Made by a program: the position numbers and the translations under genes. From the NCBI RefSeq assembly GCF_001194135.2, contig NC_068985.1, forward strand, positions 81,125,646-81,179,012: a stretch of DNA of 53,367 bases. The letters are read 5' to 3'. This document shows positions 21,400 to 33,970 of this stretch, piece by piece; position 1 is the first letter of the stretch; the number at the start of each line of letters is the position of its first letter. Source of the DNA: Octopus bimaculoides (lineage: Eukaryota). The notes beneath the pieces are model-generated. The model was not told the DNA's origin. It saw only the letters and a list, made by a program, of their open reading frames with translations, and did not search any database.

Positions 21400-22440
21400 G
21401 ACTTGGCCTGTGCTGCTGTTCCATACATGGATGCCTTCAAGCTAGAAGTAATGTAGTAAGGTTTTATTTGCTAAGGATGGAGGAAAAGGATTGATTGGAA
21501 TAGAGGATAGTGTTGATGAGAGCAACTCATTGCATTCCTGTCTTAGAGAGAGCTGCACAGAGTGTGAAAGTGGTTAGTGCTGATAAAGAGAACTTCTAGG
21601 AGTATGAGGAGATGGCTTATAAGGTAAAGGTCAACAATTTTAAAGAAAATATCCTACATGGAGAGTTTGTCTATCAAACATCAGATGTAGCCAACAAAGA
21701 ATCTTGGTAATGACTAAGACATGGATTTCTAAAAAGGAAACATAAACCTTCATTTATACTGCTCAAGAACAGGCTTTGCAAGCTAATGCAATCAAATACA
21801 GCATTTAAAAGAAACACTTTGGTGTAGATTGAGTGGAAACTCATCTGAAACGGTCAGACTGTTAGTGGCTGTTCAAAACTGGATCAGGAGTACAGAAAAT
21901 GCTTTGACAAAATGGCATAGCAGGTTCACTGTGATATATGCAAGATCTATGGGCTAAAGTACACTGGCAAGTGGTATGAACATAACCCTTGCAAGTCAAA
22001 GAGAACAACCAAGTAAAGCACGTAAAATATGACAATCTACACAGATAAGAAGCTGCAGCCTAATTAACCAGACATTACTCTTCTATGGAAAAATCAAAGA
22101 ATGGATCTTCATTGATATAGTAATACTTGCAGAGTAGAATATTGTGAAAACAGAAAATGAGGAAGTTGAAAAGTATCAAGATATGGCATTTGAAGTGGAG
22201 TGTATTCAGAGAGCATCAAGAGTGAGTGTGACAGCCATCACAATTTGTGCATTTGGAACCATCTCAAAGAATGCAAAAACAAATTTAGCACGAGAAGTTG
22301 GAACTACCAGATATCATTGGAAATACACAGCTGGTGGCCATAATTGGAACAGTGCATGTGCTGAGGAAAGTGTTGCCTCTCTGAGCTGCAGGAAGTAGCA
22401 TACACAACACAGAAGAACATCAAAACTTGAGGGAATCAGG
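21400..22440 (+). mobile_element. Dong/R4-clade LINE 3' fragment (knuckle + RLE region), heavily decayed
   Basis: ILHGEF; TAQEQALQANAIK; PDI-like endonuclease region; EVEKYQDMAFEV; AFGTISK; IIGTVHVLRKVL C-terminus; followed by a (TAC)n/(CAC)n tail at 22442-22541. Confidence 0.8.
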
Positions 22441-22441
22441 A

Positions 22442-22519
<78 letters not shown>

Positions 22520-22589
22520 CACCACCACCACCACCACTACTAAAAAATAATAACTATTATCATTATTATTATTACTATTATTATTTCAA

Positions 22590-22770
22590 AATGTGGGGAT
22601 GAGACGATTACATCGACCCCATTGTCCAACTGGTACTTGTTTTATTGATCTCGAAAGGATGAAAGGCAAAGTCGACCTCGGTGGAATTTATACTCAGAAT
22701 GTAGTGCCAGGCAAAATACCGCTAAGCATTTCGCCCAGCATGCTAACGATTCTGCCAGCTTGCCCGCTTT
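22590..22770 (-). mobile_element. SINE family D
   Basis: rc of gatgaaaggcaaagtcgacctcggtggaattt...gctaagcatttcgccc...ctgccagcttgccc. Confidence 0.85.
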
Positions 22771-22949
22771 AATAATGATAATAGTAACAACAACAACAAT
22801 ATCCTCATGGTGTAGAAATACCAGGTTGATGTCCAGCAAGGTATAGCTGTGTCTCATGGGCAGGAAGTGATATTTAGTCTTGATTAACAGGGTTCCTAGA
22901 GATGGTGTCATAATAAAAACACTGGTGATTGCATAACCTTACATGTGCA

Positions 22950-23311
22950 ATAACCTAAAATAAAAGTGTAGTGCAGAATGAAAACTTTCCAAGTAATGGC
23001 AAGAATGATACTGGAACAATTGGTGAAGGTGTCTTTGCTTGGCAGAAATGGTAGAGAGGCAGGCATCTTCTGGTTGTCATCCTGTGACTACCAAATCGAA
23101 TTAAAGAACTAAACAAGCTGGTGATGCGGTGATATGTCATGAGAAAGTCAACAAAGAGAGGTTTCAGGAAAAGAATGTTGACTGGAATGATGCTGGAGTC
23201 TTTGAGTAATCCAAATAGAAACTAGCAGAACAAACATTCACAATAAAGAAGTATGGATGTCTTTCCCAAATGGAAATTAAAGTAATTTGGTGAGAGAGAG
23301 AGAGAGAGAGG

Positions 23312-23386
<75 letters not shown>

Positions 23387-23387
23387 C

Positions 23388-23419
<32 letters not shown>

Positions 23420-23426
23420 TAGAGAG

Positions 23427-23469
<43 letters not shown>

Positions 23470-23493
23470 TAGAGAGATAGAGAGAGAGAGAGG

Positions 23494-23526
<33 letters not shown>

Positions 23527-24850
23527 CGAGAGAGAGAGAGAGCGAGAGAGAGAGAGAGCAGTGAAAACGATTTTATCCTTTCTTGGTGAATCAGAAGATA
23601 ATTCCAGTAGTATTGCACAAACTACGGAAGTAGAATAAGCTACAGTGGATGAAAGAGAGGAGAAATTATCAGCAGAATGACTATGTCAAAGGGAGTAAAA
23701 TATGGCTAATGCAGAAAGTTCCGGATAAAATGTAAAGCATAACCCAGAATAATCATCCTTACTTATAAACACATGGACGCAAAGTAGAGTGAATGAGAAA
23801 GCTAAAGAAGTAGATGAAATCATTTATTACAACCCGTTGGAGACTTTGAAGGTACCAACAACCAAAGAGAGAGATTGCCCATGTAGAAGCCAGAAAGCTA
23901 GGAGTAAAGCCAGTTAAATAAAGTGGTAAGAGGGAACCCCGATGGAAATTAAGGATAGAGGAACAAATAAAATCCATAGAAGTTAGTCAATTTCACTACC
24001 AAAATAAAAAGCTAAGCTACAAAAGGAAACAACAAAATATAGCATAGAAAGAAAACATCATGTGCAGTGAAAACGCATAGCAGTAATAATCAAAGAGCTT
24101 AAACAATGGATCACAGCAGAACCAAAGAAGATCAAAAGGTATGAAAGAATGATAGATCAATTCCAATAAAACAGACTGTTTGAAAACAACCAAAAAGGAC
24201 TGTTCAAAAAAACTAGAAGGGACAGAGAGGGGAAATGATTCAATACTAGATGTAGAGGAAAGAATAAAATTCTGGCATGATAAACAAAATAATCAGATAG
24301 ATCACAATGAGAAAGCAGAATGTTTGAAGCGAATAGAGAAAGAGACAAGCAGGGCAGAGGCATAAAACACTGATTATCTCAACCCTCTTCTTGAAACAGA
24401 TATGGAAATGACCTAACTAGAAGGCACCTGGCCCAAAAGGCATACATGGTTAAGAATATAATAATTAACCAAAGAATATAATGGAGTAACTGAAACATGC
24501 CAGTAGAAATGTTAGACCACTGCTTATAGTACAGACTTGTTCCTAAGTGGCTAACTAAAAGCAGAATGATGTTTATCATGAAAGACCAAAAGATCAGATG
24601 TCACAAACTGTCATTCAATACTCTGAAAAATATTTACAGGAATACTTTCTGAAGAGATATATGACCACCTGGGAGAGAAGGGCCACCTACTTAAAGAACA
24701 CAAAAGCTGTAGAAAGCAATCCAGATGCACCAAAGACCAACTTCTGATAGATAAAATGATTATCAGAGACTACAAATGGTGATAGCTGGGCTGGCTATGG
24801 CATGGATTGACTACAAGAAGACCTTCGACCAGATGATCCATGAGTACGAT
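22950..24850 (+). mobile_element. Dong/R4-clade LINE N-terminal and RT-start fragment, decayed
   Basis: KRGFRKRML...KLAEQTFTIKKYGCLSQMEI (N-terminal block); IKELKQWITA..KKIKRY; NRLFENNQK; KAPGP; KDQLLIDKMIIRD; LAMAWIDYKKTFD. Confidence 0.8.
23291..23559. repeat. Imperfect (GA)n polypurine tract, about 270 bp
   Basis: Directly visible; interrupted by GATA, GAAA and GCGA variants. Confidence 0.95.
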
Positions 24851-25334
24851 GTATATATGTATATATATACACACACACATGCGCGCGCACACACACACAC
24901 ACACACNNNNNNNNNNNNNNNNNNNNNNNNNNNNNNNNNNNNNNNNNNNNNNNNNNNNNNNNNNNNNNNNNNNNNNNNNNNNNNNNNNNNNNNNNNNNNN
25001 NNNNNNNNNNNNNNNNNNNNNNNNNNNNNNNNNNNNNNNNNNNNNNNNNNNNNNNNNNNNNNNNNNNNNNNNNNNNNNNNNNNNNNNNNNNNNNNNNNNN
25101 NNNNNNNNNNNNNNNNNNNNNNNNNNNNNNNNNNNNNNNNNNNNNNNNNNNNNNNNNNNNNNNNNNNNNNNNNNNNNNNNNNNNNNACTTATACAAGTTA
25201 AATATTCATACATATTTTTCCTTTCCTGGACTGCATATACATTTATTTTGGCAGACTCTGTGTGTGTGTATATATGTACATATACATATATATAATATAA
25301 ATAATATATATGTATATATATACACACACACATG

Positions 25335-25425
<91 letters not shown>

Positions 25426-25429
25426 GCAT

Positions 25430-25900
25430 ATATGAGTACAGGACGTCACCCAACAGTAAACAACATGAAATACCAAAACAAACGGGCCCAATATGCAAAC
25501 AATGAGAGAAACAAATGGAAAAAAGGACAAGTAACATAAAGAACGACACTTCATCAGTTTTCAGCTGTCTATCTACTCCTCATTTCAAGCATTGGACGAC
25601 AATATGAGTCTTCGAAGACAGTTGCTCCCATAAGTACCAAAATAAAATTTGGGGTTTATGGAGGGACAAAGCGGGGAACCAAAACAAGACTGTGGAGACA
25701 TACAAGGAAACTGAACGAAAACAATCATGGAGAGTCATTAGACTGGAGCAAGGGTAAAATAGCAAACACTGGAGAAATATTTTCTTTGACAAGAGAAAAG
25801 ATAGAAAAGAGAGATAGGATACGTACTGTCCTTAGGACAGTCCTGAAAGAAAAGAAGGATGATCACGTGAGGAAGAGAAATATGGACGATGGTCAACACA
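25430..25900 (-). mobile_element. Probable Penelope-like terminal fragment
   Basis: Pyrimidine-rich on the minus strand, CpG-retaining, with a hammerhead-like arrangement at 25565-25621. Confidence 0.45.
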
Positions 25901-26247
25901 AACACTGAGAAAGAGAGAGAGAGAGATAGAGAGAGAGAAAGAGAGAGAAAGAGATGTTGAGAGATTGAACCCTATATAGGTAAACAGAACATTGTGGTTA
26001 ATGAGATCAACTATTTGTGTATATGTCAGTCTTTTGTGTGTGTGTGTGTGTGTGGCAGATTCACAGTTACAATCTTTATAATAATAAATTATAATTATTT
26101 CTGTTCTGAAATATGTTTAATTAACCTATAATATAACTATATTATATACAGTTTCTTATAAATAAATATTTTCTACCCATTCCTTATATTTTAGAGTTTA
26201 TAGAATATTGGAAAGTTGTTTAAAATTCTTTAACTAGTAGTTTTCAG

Positions 26248-26303
26248 ATAGCCTTGTTGATTGCGACCACACATTGTTTTTGGTTTGACCTCAATGTACA
26301 ATG
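26248..26303 (+). CDS. Candidate 56-nt exon (phase 0 to 2), IALLIATTHCFWFDLNVQ
   Basis: ttttcAG acceptor and GTATAA donor (weak); open frame; phase-compatible with 32370-32433. Confidence 0.2.
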
Positions 26304-27164
26304 GTATAATGAATGTTCTGTGCTGGAATCTGAACTTGTATTTTTGTGAAAACACTGCAATGTTTTTAATTTTATTATGTAATTGTTCTTTTAGCTACCA
26401 TGCCAATTTTACAAAAAGAAAAAGAGAGGATTGTCGTTGTGTTATTTGACTAGAATACTTTGTTTATATTTTGGGGTGAAGGAAAAAAAAAAACTTTAGG
26501 GAACTTTGAATAGAAATGTATGACACTAAACACATACTGTACAGAATATGTAGTCTTACTCACTATCTTTAGTGCCAAATTCTATTATATTAAAAATATT
26601 TTTATGATTTTAGAAATATCAGTCACTTTAAACATAATTTGTTTTATTTTTATTAAAGATTATTTTTGTCTTTTTCTAATCATTAGAGTAAAATCATAAC
26701 TAATTTGGAACTTGGTAGACAGTTAACCGAGAATTTAATCTAAATATTAAACAAGCATTGTTAGCATTTAATTCAAGCTTTATAAATTTGAGGTTGTGAT
26801 ACACAAGCATTATTGCTTTACTAACAGCTACTAATACAAAGAAATTTATTATTGCTGCCCGTAATGAAATTTAGATGTAAAACTTTCCACCTAAAGACTC
26901 AATGTTAAAACATATGAAGAGAAAATCTCTTACAACTGGGTTATGCACATAATCAATCAACAACTGTTATTATATAAATTTGTTGTATGGCATAAAATGT
27001 AATGAGGTAATCTTATTTCTCTAATCAATTAAGATTAATTAATTCTATATTGTCTTTCTCATTATTTTGGTAACAACTGTGCCCTGCTTTGGTGTTTATT
27101 GGAAAATATGTAAAGTAACTTAAGCCAATACTTTATCAATCATAGAGTTTTCTTTCCTATACAG

Positions 27165-27224
27165 GTGTTATTTAATGGGTCAGACCAGATTTATAGTGGG
27201 AAATATTTGCTTGTCATTAATGAA
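27165..27224 (+). CDS. Candidate 60-nt exon (phase 0 to 0), VLFNGSDQIYSGKYLLVINE
   Basis: Strong acceptor ttttctttcctatacAG; donor GTTAGG (weak). Confidence 0.25.
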
Positions 27225-28171
27225 GTTAGGAAAGTTTCATATTACATTATTTTAATAATTATTACCAAAGAAAACTTGTGCAATTTAAGATTTTCCTGCA
27301 ACAACTGAGGAATCAGTGAAGTCATGGGCTAAAATTTCTCCATTAGTCTTAATATAAGGAGTTGTAATAAGTGAAATTTCTGAAGAAAAATTCAAAGGAG
27401 AGATGTTGGCGAAAATTAAAAGAAAAAAAAAAGAAGGAAAAGAAAACTAACAAGGCAACATCAAAACTAAGTTTGATTAATTTAAATCAACCTGGCAACA
27501 GAATAACTATGTGAGGAGCCAAACCTTGAGAAGAAACAATAGATCAAATAAGATGGCATCGGTAAAGAAAACATTGACTGTGACATTGGAACAAACTACA
27601 AATTACAAAAATTAAAAAATAATAAAGACAACATAACAGAAATAAATAAAATAAAAACGAATATGAAGTAGTCTAACAAAAATAAGAAATTGGAGAACAT
27701 AGATTAGAAATGAAAAGTAAAGCAAGATGAAAAATAAATTTTTAAAAAGACAGAGCAGCTAGGGTGTCATGTTATGACTATGATTGCTTCAGGCATCAAC
27801 ATCTGAGAGCAATTGGAAACTGCTGAATTCATCATCTTCAGTGAATCCTTGCTAGAATGAGATGCCTGAAAGAAAAATGGCAATCCAGAACTCATATGCT
27901 GGAGGCTGTTTTAATATTTTTGTCTTCTGTTTAATGACCTTTTCTATTATTTTGTGCATTAGATTTATAAAAAAGCTATAATTAAAAATTAAGCAATTAT
28001 TACTAAATAATAATAATAATAATAATAATAATATCTATTTCTAACATGAATTAAATTCTGCAAGATTTATTTTTAAAGTTATTATTTTTATTGATTAAGC
28101 ACATTATGTATCCTAAAGAAAAGTGTAATACTCAAGTTAACAATTCTAATATTTGTGTGTGTTTGTCTGTC

Positions 28172-28223
<52 letters not shown>

Positions 28224-28739
28224 CGAGGGTGAGTGGGAAGATGCATACTAACATAATTGTCAGTATGCCTGGCTACTACTGAGATATGGAAAGAGGGATC
28301 AAATTAGAGACAGCACGATGGAGAAGTTTATGTCTTTTAAATTTAGAATTTCAGGTAATTTAAATTACTTGATCTTGAACTATTTAATCAGCTTGCAATT
28401 GGTTGCCAAATAGTAAAAAAAAAAAAAAAAATAAAAAAAAAAAATTACAACAAAACACACACACACACAAACATGTACATACAAGAAAGAAAAGACCACA
28501 TATTTCTCCATTTAAAGAAATGTAAAGATGGTTGATTTTAATTTTTATTTTATGATTGGTTGCTTAAGAAGTGAACTGTGCATTTCCTCATTTATAGTAG
28601 CACAATCATAGTGTTGACTTAACTGCTGGGTTGTAGCAGTTTCTGTATTAAGCTTCATAAATAAAAGTGATAAGTTTCAGTCATTCTTGTAATTGTTTCC
28701 ATTGTATCTGAAACTATAAAATAGCAATATTTATCTTTT

Positions 28740-29166
28740 ATTGTTTTAGTCATTGGAACCCTTGAAAGGTACTTTTTTTTTTTTTTCTTCAAGTCTGGTA
28801 CTTATTCTATCGATCTCATTTGCTGAATTGAAATGCTACAGGGACATAAAAAAAAACCCAAATAATCAACACCAGTTTCAAGCAGTGGTGGGGAACAAAC
28901 ACAAAGACTAACACACATACACACACACATGCATGTACAACAGGCTTCTTTCAGTTTCTGTCTACCAAATCCAATCACAAAGCTTTGATCAGCCTGGGAC
29001 TATAGAAGAAAGCAGCTATTTGTCCAAGTTGCCATATGGTGGGACTGAACCCATAACCATGGGATTAGGAAACAAAATTTCTTACCACACTGCTATACCA
29101 GCCATGCAGTGGGACTGAACCCATAGCCATAGGGTTAGGAAGCAAACTTCTTACCATACAGCCATG
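28740..29166 (-). mobile_element. Composite B/C SINE with tandemly duplicated head
   Basis: gggactgaacccata.ccat.gg.ttaggaa.caaa.ttcttacca occurs twice (about 29041-29090 and 29111-29160). Confidence 0.75.
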
Positions 29167-29739
29167 TTTTTTTGTTTTACTTTCACTTTCCTTTTCTGTA
29201 TATAACATAGACAACACAACTATGAGAGAGGAGTTGTTTTATTAACTTTTTAGAAGTGAACTTTATTTCAAGAAACTCAGAAGCAGTGTTTAGCAACAAA
29301 GTGAAAAGATTTTAAACATTTTATCCTTTCTTCAAACAACTTAAATTATGTAAATTCTTTACAATTACACACTTTCACCTAACATCCTAAACTAGAAGAT
29401 TTAAGAGATTCTGCACTTGTTAAATTGAATGATTTTCAATTCTTTTCATGTTTGAAAATTGATAATTCCTGTCAGAGTTTTGAAATTTTGCCTTTTATTT
29501 TAAGCAAAAATGAATTAAGTAAAAGTTAACGGTTTTGGTACTTTTTACCAATCTTCAATACCTCTTATCTCAATATAAATTAATCACAAGAAAGAAAACT
29601 AGGGAAATGTCATTTTAAATTATACAGTTGAATATTATCAGAACTTTTGAGATATGTGGTCGGTGTACATGGTTAACCAGCTATCATAAATATTATGATA
29701 TACTATCATAAATATTATGACATACAAACCATTCACTCT

Positions 29740-29894
29740 ACGTGGTTGAGTGATTAAGAAGCTTGCTTTGAAATCACATAGTTTTGGGTTCAGTTCCACT
29801 GTGTGGCATCTTGGGTATGTGTCTTCTACTATAGCCACAGGCTGACCAATGCCTTGTGAGTTAATTTGGTTGGCAGAAACTGTGTGGAAGCCTG

Positions 29895-29900
<6 letters not shown>
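29740..29900 (+). mobile_element. SINE family B head/body
   Basis: gcttgctttgaaatcacatagttttgggttcagttccactgtgtggcatcttggg...gccttgtgagttaatttggttggcagaaactg followed by (TA)n(TG)n. Confidence 0.75.
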
Positions 29901-29965
<65 letters not shown>

Positions 29966-30269
29966 TGTGTGTGTGAAGATATAATAATCAGAAAACATTT
30001 ATGGTAGGACATTGATGAAGCAGAATACATATTTGCATAATGTCTCTACTTGTTATGTAATTACTTAGGCATTTTTCTGAATTGCACATATGTCTTTTAA
30101 AGCTTTGAGTACTACACCTATTTTCTGTTTATTATTTCTTTCTGTTATTAGACTTGTACTCTGTACTCTAGCCTATCCCCACATCTTACAGTACTGGATA
30201 CTGAAATTTTTGTCATATGTCACACTTTAGCATGTCCCACTGTTTTTGATATGTATTTATGAATGTATA

Positions 30270-30480
30270 TGAATGTGTCATTGTGTTTATGTTTTCCCCA
30301 CTGCTACTTGACAACCAGTGTTGTTTATGTCTCTGTAACTTAACAGTTTAGTGAAAGACTATACAGAGTAAGTTCCAGACTTAAGAATAAGTACTGAGGT
30401 TGATTTGTTTGACAAAACCCTATAAGCTAGTGCCCCAGCATAGCCACAGTCCAATGACTGAAACAAGTGTTAAGATAAAA
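30270..30480 (+). mobile_element. SINE family C tail
   Basis: cttgacaaccagtgttg...gaataagtactgaggttgatttgtttgac...gtgccccagcatagccacagtccaatgactgaaacaag. Copies at 50930-51135, 51170-51375 and 52915-53120. Confidence 0.75.
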
Positions 30481-30789
30481 CATAAAAAGACAAATCTTCC
30501 TTTCAAGTTCATTCTCTACTATCTTAGATAGTGACACATTGAACAATGTAGCCCTCAATATACAAAAGATGGGTAAATAACAGCTGAAATGCCTTTAATT
30601 ATGTCTGCCTGATGATCAGCATTGACCTGAGGCCTAAACAACAGCACCAACTGTATGAGATTTGGTGCTAGCCGAATTGTTTGGCTATAATTCTATTGAC
30701 TGAAAAATTGACAGTTTGTATCCTGTTATATGATAGTGTTGTGTCCATAGCTAAGAGTCATAACTGGGCAAAGAAACATCACCTACAAT

Positions 30790-31130
30790 CTTTAACTGGT
30801 GCTCCACCGGTTATGACGATGAGTGTTCCAGTTGATTCAATCAACCAAACAGTCTGCTCATGAAATTAACATGCAATTGGCTGAGTACTTCACAGACACA
30901 AATACCTTTTATGTAGTTCTCAGGAAGATTCATTTTGACACACCAAATGTGAAATACAGGTACCACTAATTATTGTAATACTGGTACAACTAATTTTTGC
31001 CAGCTGAGTGCACTGAAGCAATGTAAAATAAAGTGTTTTACTCAAGGACACAACATGCTACTGGGAACTGATCTCACGACCTTACGATCATGAGCTGAAT
31101 ATCCTAACCACTAAGCCATGTGCCTTCACT
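30790..31130 (-). mobile_element. tRNA/CORE-like SINE carrying the same 3' tail as the young SINE at 5337
   Basis: The rc of 30791-30945 aligns with 5567-5710; the rc of 31000-31130 is a tRNA head plus CORE-like block. Confidence 0.8.
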
Positions 31131-32369
31131 CAGAATTTATAGTATATCTGAAATATGTTTTGCTTGTTAACTCTGTTGAATTTAAATCATTTTTTGACTG
31201 AAGCTTTGACTGGGGATCTAATCCAAAAGGATAGTTTTCTCTTAATTGCTCAGTGCCAAGAAAGTTGAGATGCATTCTAGCACTGCTCAATCACTATTGT
31301 TATAGTTGTTTAGTCAGCTTTTTTCAAGTAGATTCATGATAAAATGGTATTCTATCCATGCTCATCTTACTTATTTCAGACACAGTGTATCTAGGGTTAC
31401 ACTATCTTTTTTGAAGATAGTAATGTATGATAAGGAGAAGATTTGACTGTTATTTCTTGCACATCTAGTAATCCTACCTATATAAGAATCCATCTCAGTT
31501 GTAACTGAACTATTGTCAGATTTAGGTGACATACAATCAAATTTGTGGTGAAATATCCAGCTTAAAATTAATGACACAACCTGATTAATAAACAAGTTAT
31601 GCAATTTCTTCCCAAGTATAAAAATGACTGAATCATAAACAAAAAAAAAAAAATAAATGTTTGGAGGATTTCCTGATTGATTGGTTTTCTGGGACAATCA
31701 GTGTAATGTTAAAAGATGGAGTTAGTAAAACTAACAAATATACATGTATATGATGTTCATAAATCAAGTCTTTGTTTTTTGGCCAGGTCTGTCTTCCAAA
31801 ATTACATATTACACATCTAATTTAATCTATATTGGTTTTTGTTAGATTTCCTAATCTGTTTTGGAGGTTGACATGGTTATTTTTTTTATGAAACAAGAGT
31901 TAAACTATCCAGCTTTTGCAGGAATAAAGGCATTCCAGCCATGACCACAGTAGTCTGTTATCCTTTGATTGATGTAGTAGAATGTGGTTCTGTTTGTTAC
32001 ATTGTTTTCAATGTTCCCATGTAATTTCAGTAGCTATAAATAGTGTGAAAAATAACTATAATGTTTGATAAATTTATTTTTTGAAGCCTTATCTCTCTCT
32101 CTCTACTCTCATACATGCTCATCTCTCTCTCTCATACATGCTCTTCTCTCTCTCATACATATTCCTCTCTCTCTCTGATTGTCTCTCTAACTATAGAGAA
32201 TGCCATACTGTAGCACTCTAAATATAGAGGAGTGCCATACTGCTACAGAAACATTGCAAACAACTGTGAGGGGTGATACATATATCAACAACATCTCATA
32301 TATAAATGCTATAGATACCATATATAAACACACATCAAACATAATATAATGTTAACTTATTTTTTGTAG

Positions 32370-32433
32370 GCAAATTCAATCTATGGAGTATAGAAAGAAA
32401 GATATAAACATTCAGACCATTGCTACATTTCTG
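32370..32433 (+). CDS. Candidate 64-nt exon (phase 2 to 0), QIQSMEYRKKDINIQTIATFL
   Basis: Acceptor ttattttttgtAG and donor CTG|GTAGAT; joins in frame to 32742. Confidence 0.35.
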
Positions 32434-32741
32434 GTAGATTTCATTGTCATTTTGAAAAATTAGTAATTACACAAATTCAGCAAAATGCACAAATTTATCA
32501 AGAGACCTTATAGCATAACATTTAGAACCCAATCATTTCTTTAAATTAATGACAAATCCTTGTTATTTCTTCTACATATTAAAGGTTTACTTTAAAATGG
32601 TTTTAGAAAATTAACTATGCTATTTGTCATGCCTATTCAAGAGAAAATATTAGACAATTTGTTGTATAAATATGCTTAAATTTCTTTAAAGAAAACCACA
32701 AGAGTTGTTTTCTCACTATAGTTTTTTTTCTTTTTCTACAG

Positions 32742-32804
32742 CAAAGAAAGATGTTACATGATTATAAAGTGCTTACAAATTGTTTACATGAAAGAGCATT
32801 ATAA
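32742..32804 (+). CDS. Candidate terminal coding exon, QRKMLHDYKVLTNCLHERAL*
   Basis: Very strong acceptor tttttttctttttctacAG; in frame with 32370-32433; product not recognised. Confidence 0.35.
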   Translation, partial: QRKMLHDYKVLTNCLHERAL

Positions 32805-33729
32805 ACTGATATTTATCCATAGACATTAAAGAAAATTATGGGAAAATGGAGAAATAGCAGAACTAGAAATTAAGCTTTTTGTATTACTTGAGATAAGTAG
32901 GGGGGGAAATGTGGGACATAATGTTAAAATTAATAATTGGAATATTAACAAGAATTGAACAAAAAGAGGAAAGGAATCAAAAAACATTAAAACTTCTCAG
33001 GATAGTTTGGTTGCTAGATTGTCAAAATGGAATTATGATAGGCATGTGTATGCATAAGAATTATATTGAAGAAAAAAAGAATCATCATTTATCTTCAAGC
33101 TAATCAAAAGAAATCTTATAACTATTACGAAAGTCTATTTTCTGTTTTCAATTAGATGTCATTTGTTTCTTATAGAATTTGAGAATGTGGCTGCTTTTGG
33201 CAATAATTTGTTCTTATACTACATTTAAATAGGTTTCTGTTGATAATTTCCCATAAAAATATGAAACAAAACTTAATATAAATTAAAAATTTTTCTCAGT
33301 GAAATATAATTTTGCTATATTTATTCCAGCTTCCTCAACTTTAGTTGAATATAAATATTTTCTTGTTTGTCCTTTGCAAGACTAGCTCCTTAGAACTGAT
33401 ATGGATCCAGGTTACCATGGTATTTCAATGTACAACATATCTTTCTCAATTTCATTTGCTAATTTAAATACAATACTTGTAACCTCAATTTCGATGATAC
33501 ATCATTATATTATGTTTATTGTTTAGTTATTCATTATTGCCTTTCCAAATAAATTAATTTTGGTTTCTTAATAAGACAAAAGGCTAATTTTTATAGAGAA
33601 GGATTTAAACAAGTTAATAGATTTTAGAATATTACTAGTACATATTTTATTGACTCCAGTGTAGTTATGATCATTAAATGATATAATACCTTTAATCTGG
33701 TGCTCTATTCAGTCAACCATTTCTGCTGT

Positions 33730-33970
33730 TGACTCGTGTTTATTGTTAGAGACTATTATAGGATCCAATGAAGAAGCCTCTACACAACTGTTCAGCCTAC
33801 TAGAAAGAGCAGTCAATTATCCTCCAAACCATACTTTACTATCTTAATAAAAAAGGAAAAGACACAATGGACATATTAGTCCTTAATAAACAAAGCAAGT
33901 TAATTGGGAGATCTTTGATCATAGGTCTGCTCAACCAGAGCTGACATGATGCTAAACAACTACAGCAACA
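33730..33970 (+). repeat. Interspersed repeat (SINE-like); partial copy at about 30500-30650
   Basis: Shared gacaca.tg.aca.t.tag.cct and ..tgacctgaggcctaaacaac / gctgacatgatgctaaacaac ends. Confidence 0.55.

Noticed and set aside
24855-25400. Repeated tatatacacacacacatgcgcgcgcacacac on both sides of the gap
   Set aside because: Probably the same gap-flank redundancy; cannot be distinguished from a real duplication without long reads.
31371-31697. 108-aa minus-strand ORF and nearby splice-like sites on both strands
   Set aside because: Begins in a poly-T tract, has no recognisable domain, and conflicting exon readings exist on both strands.
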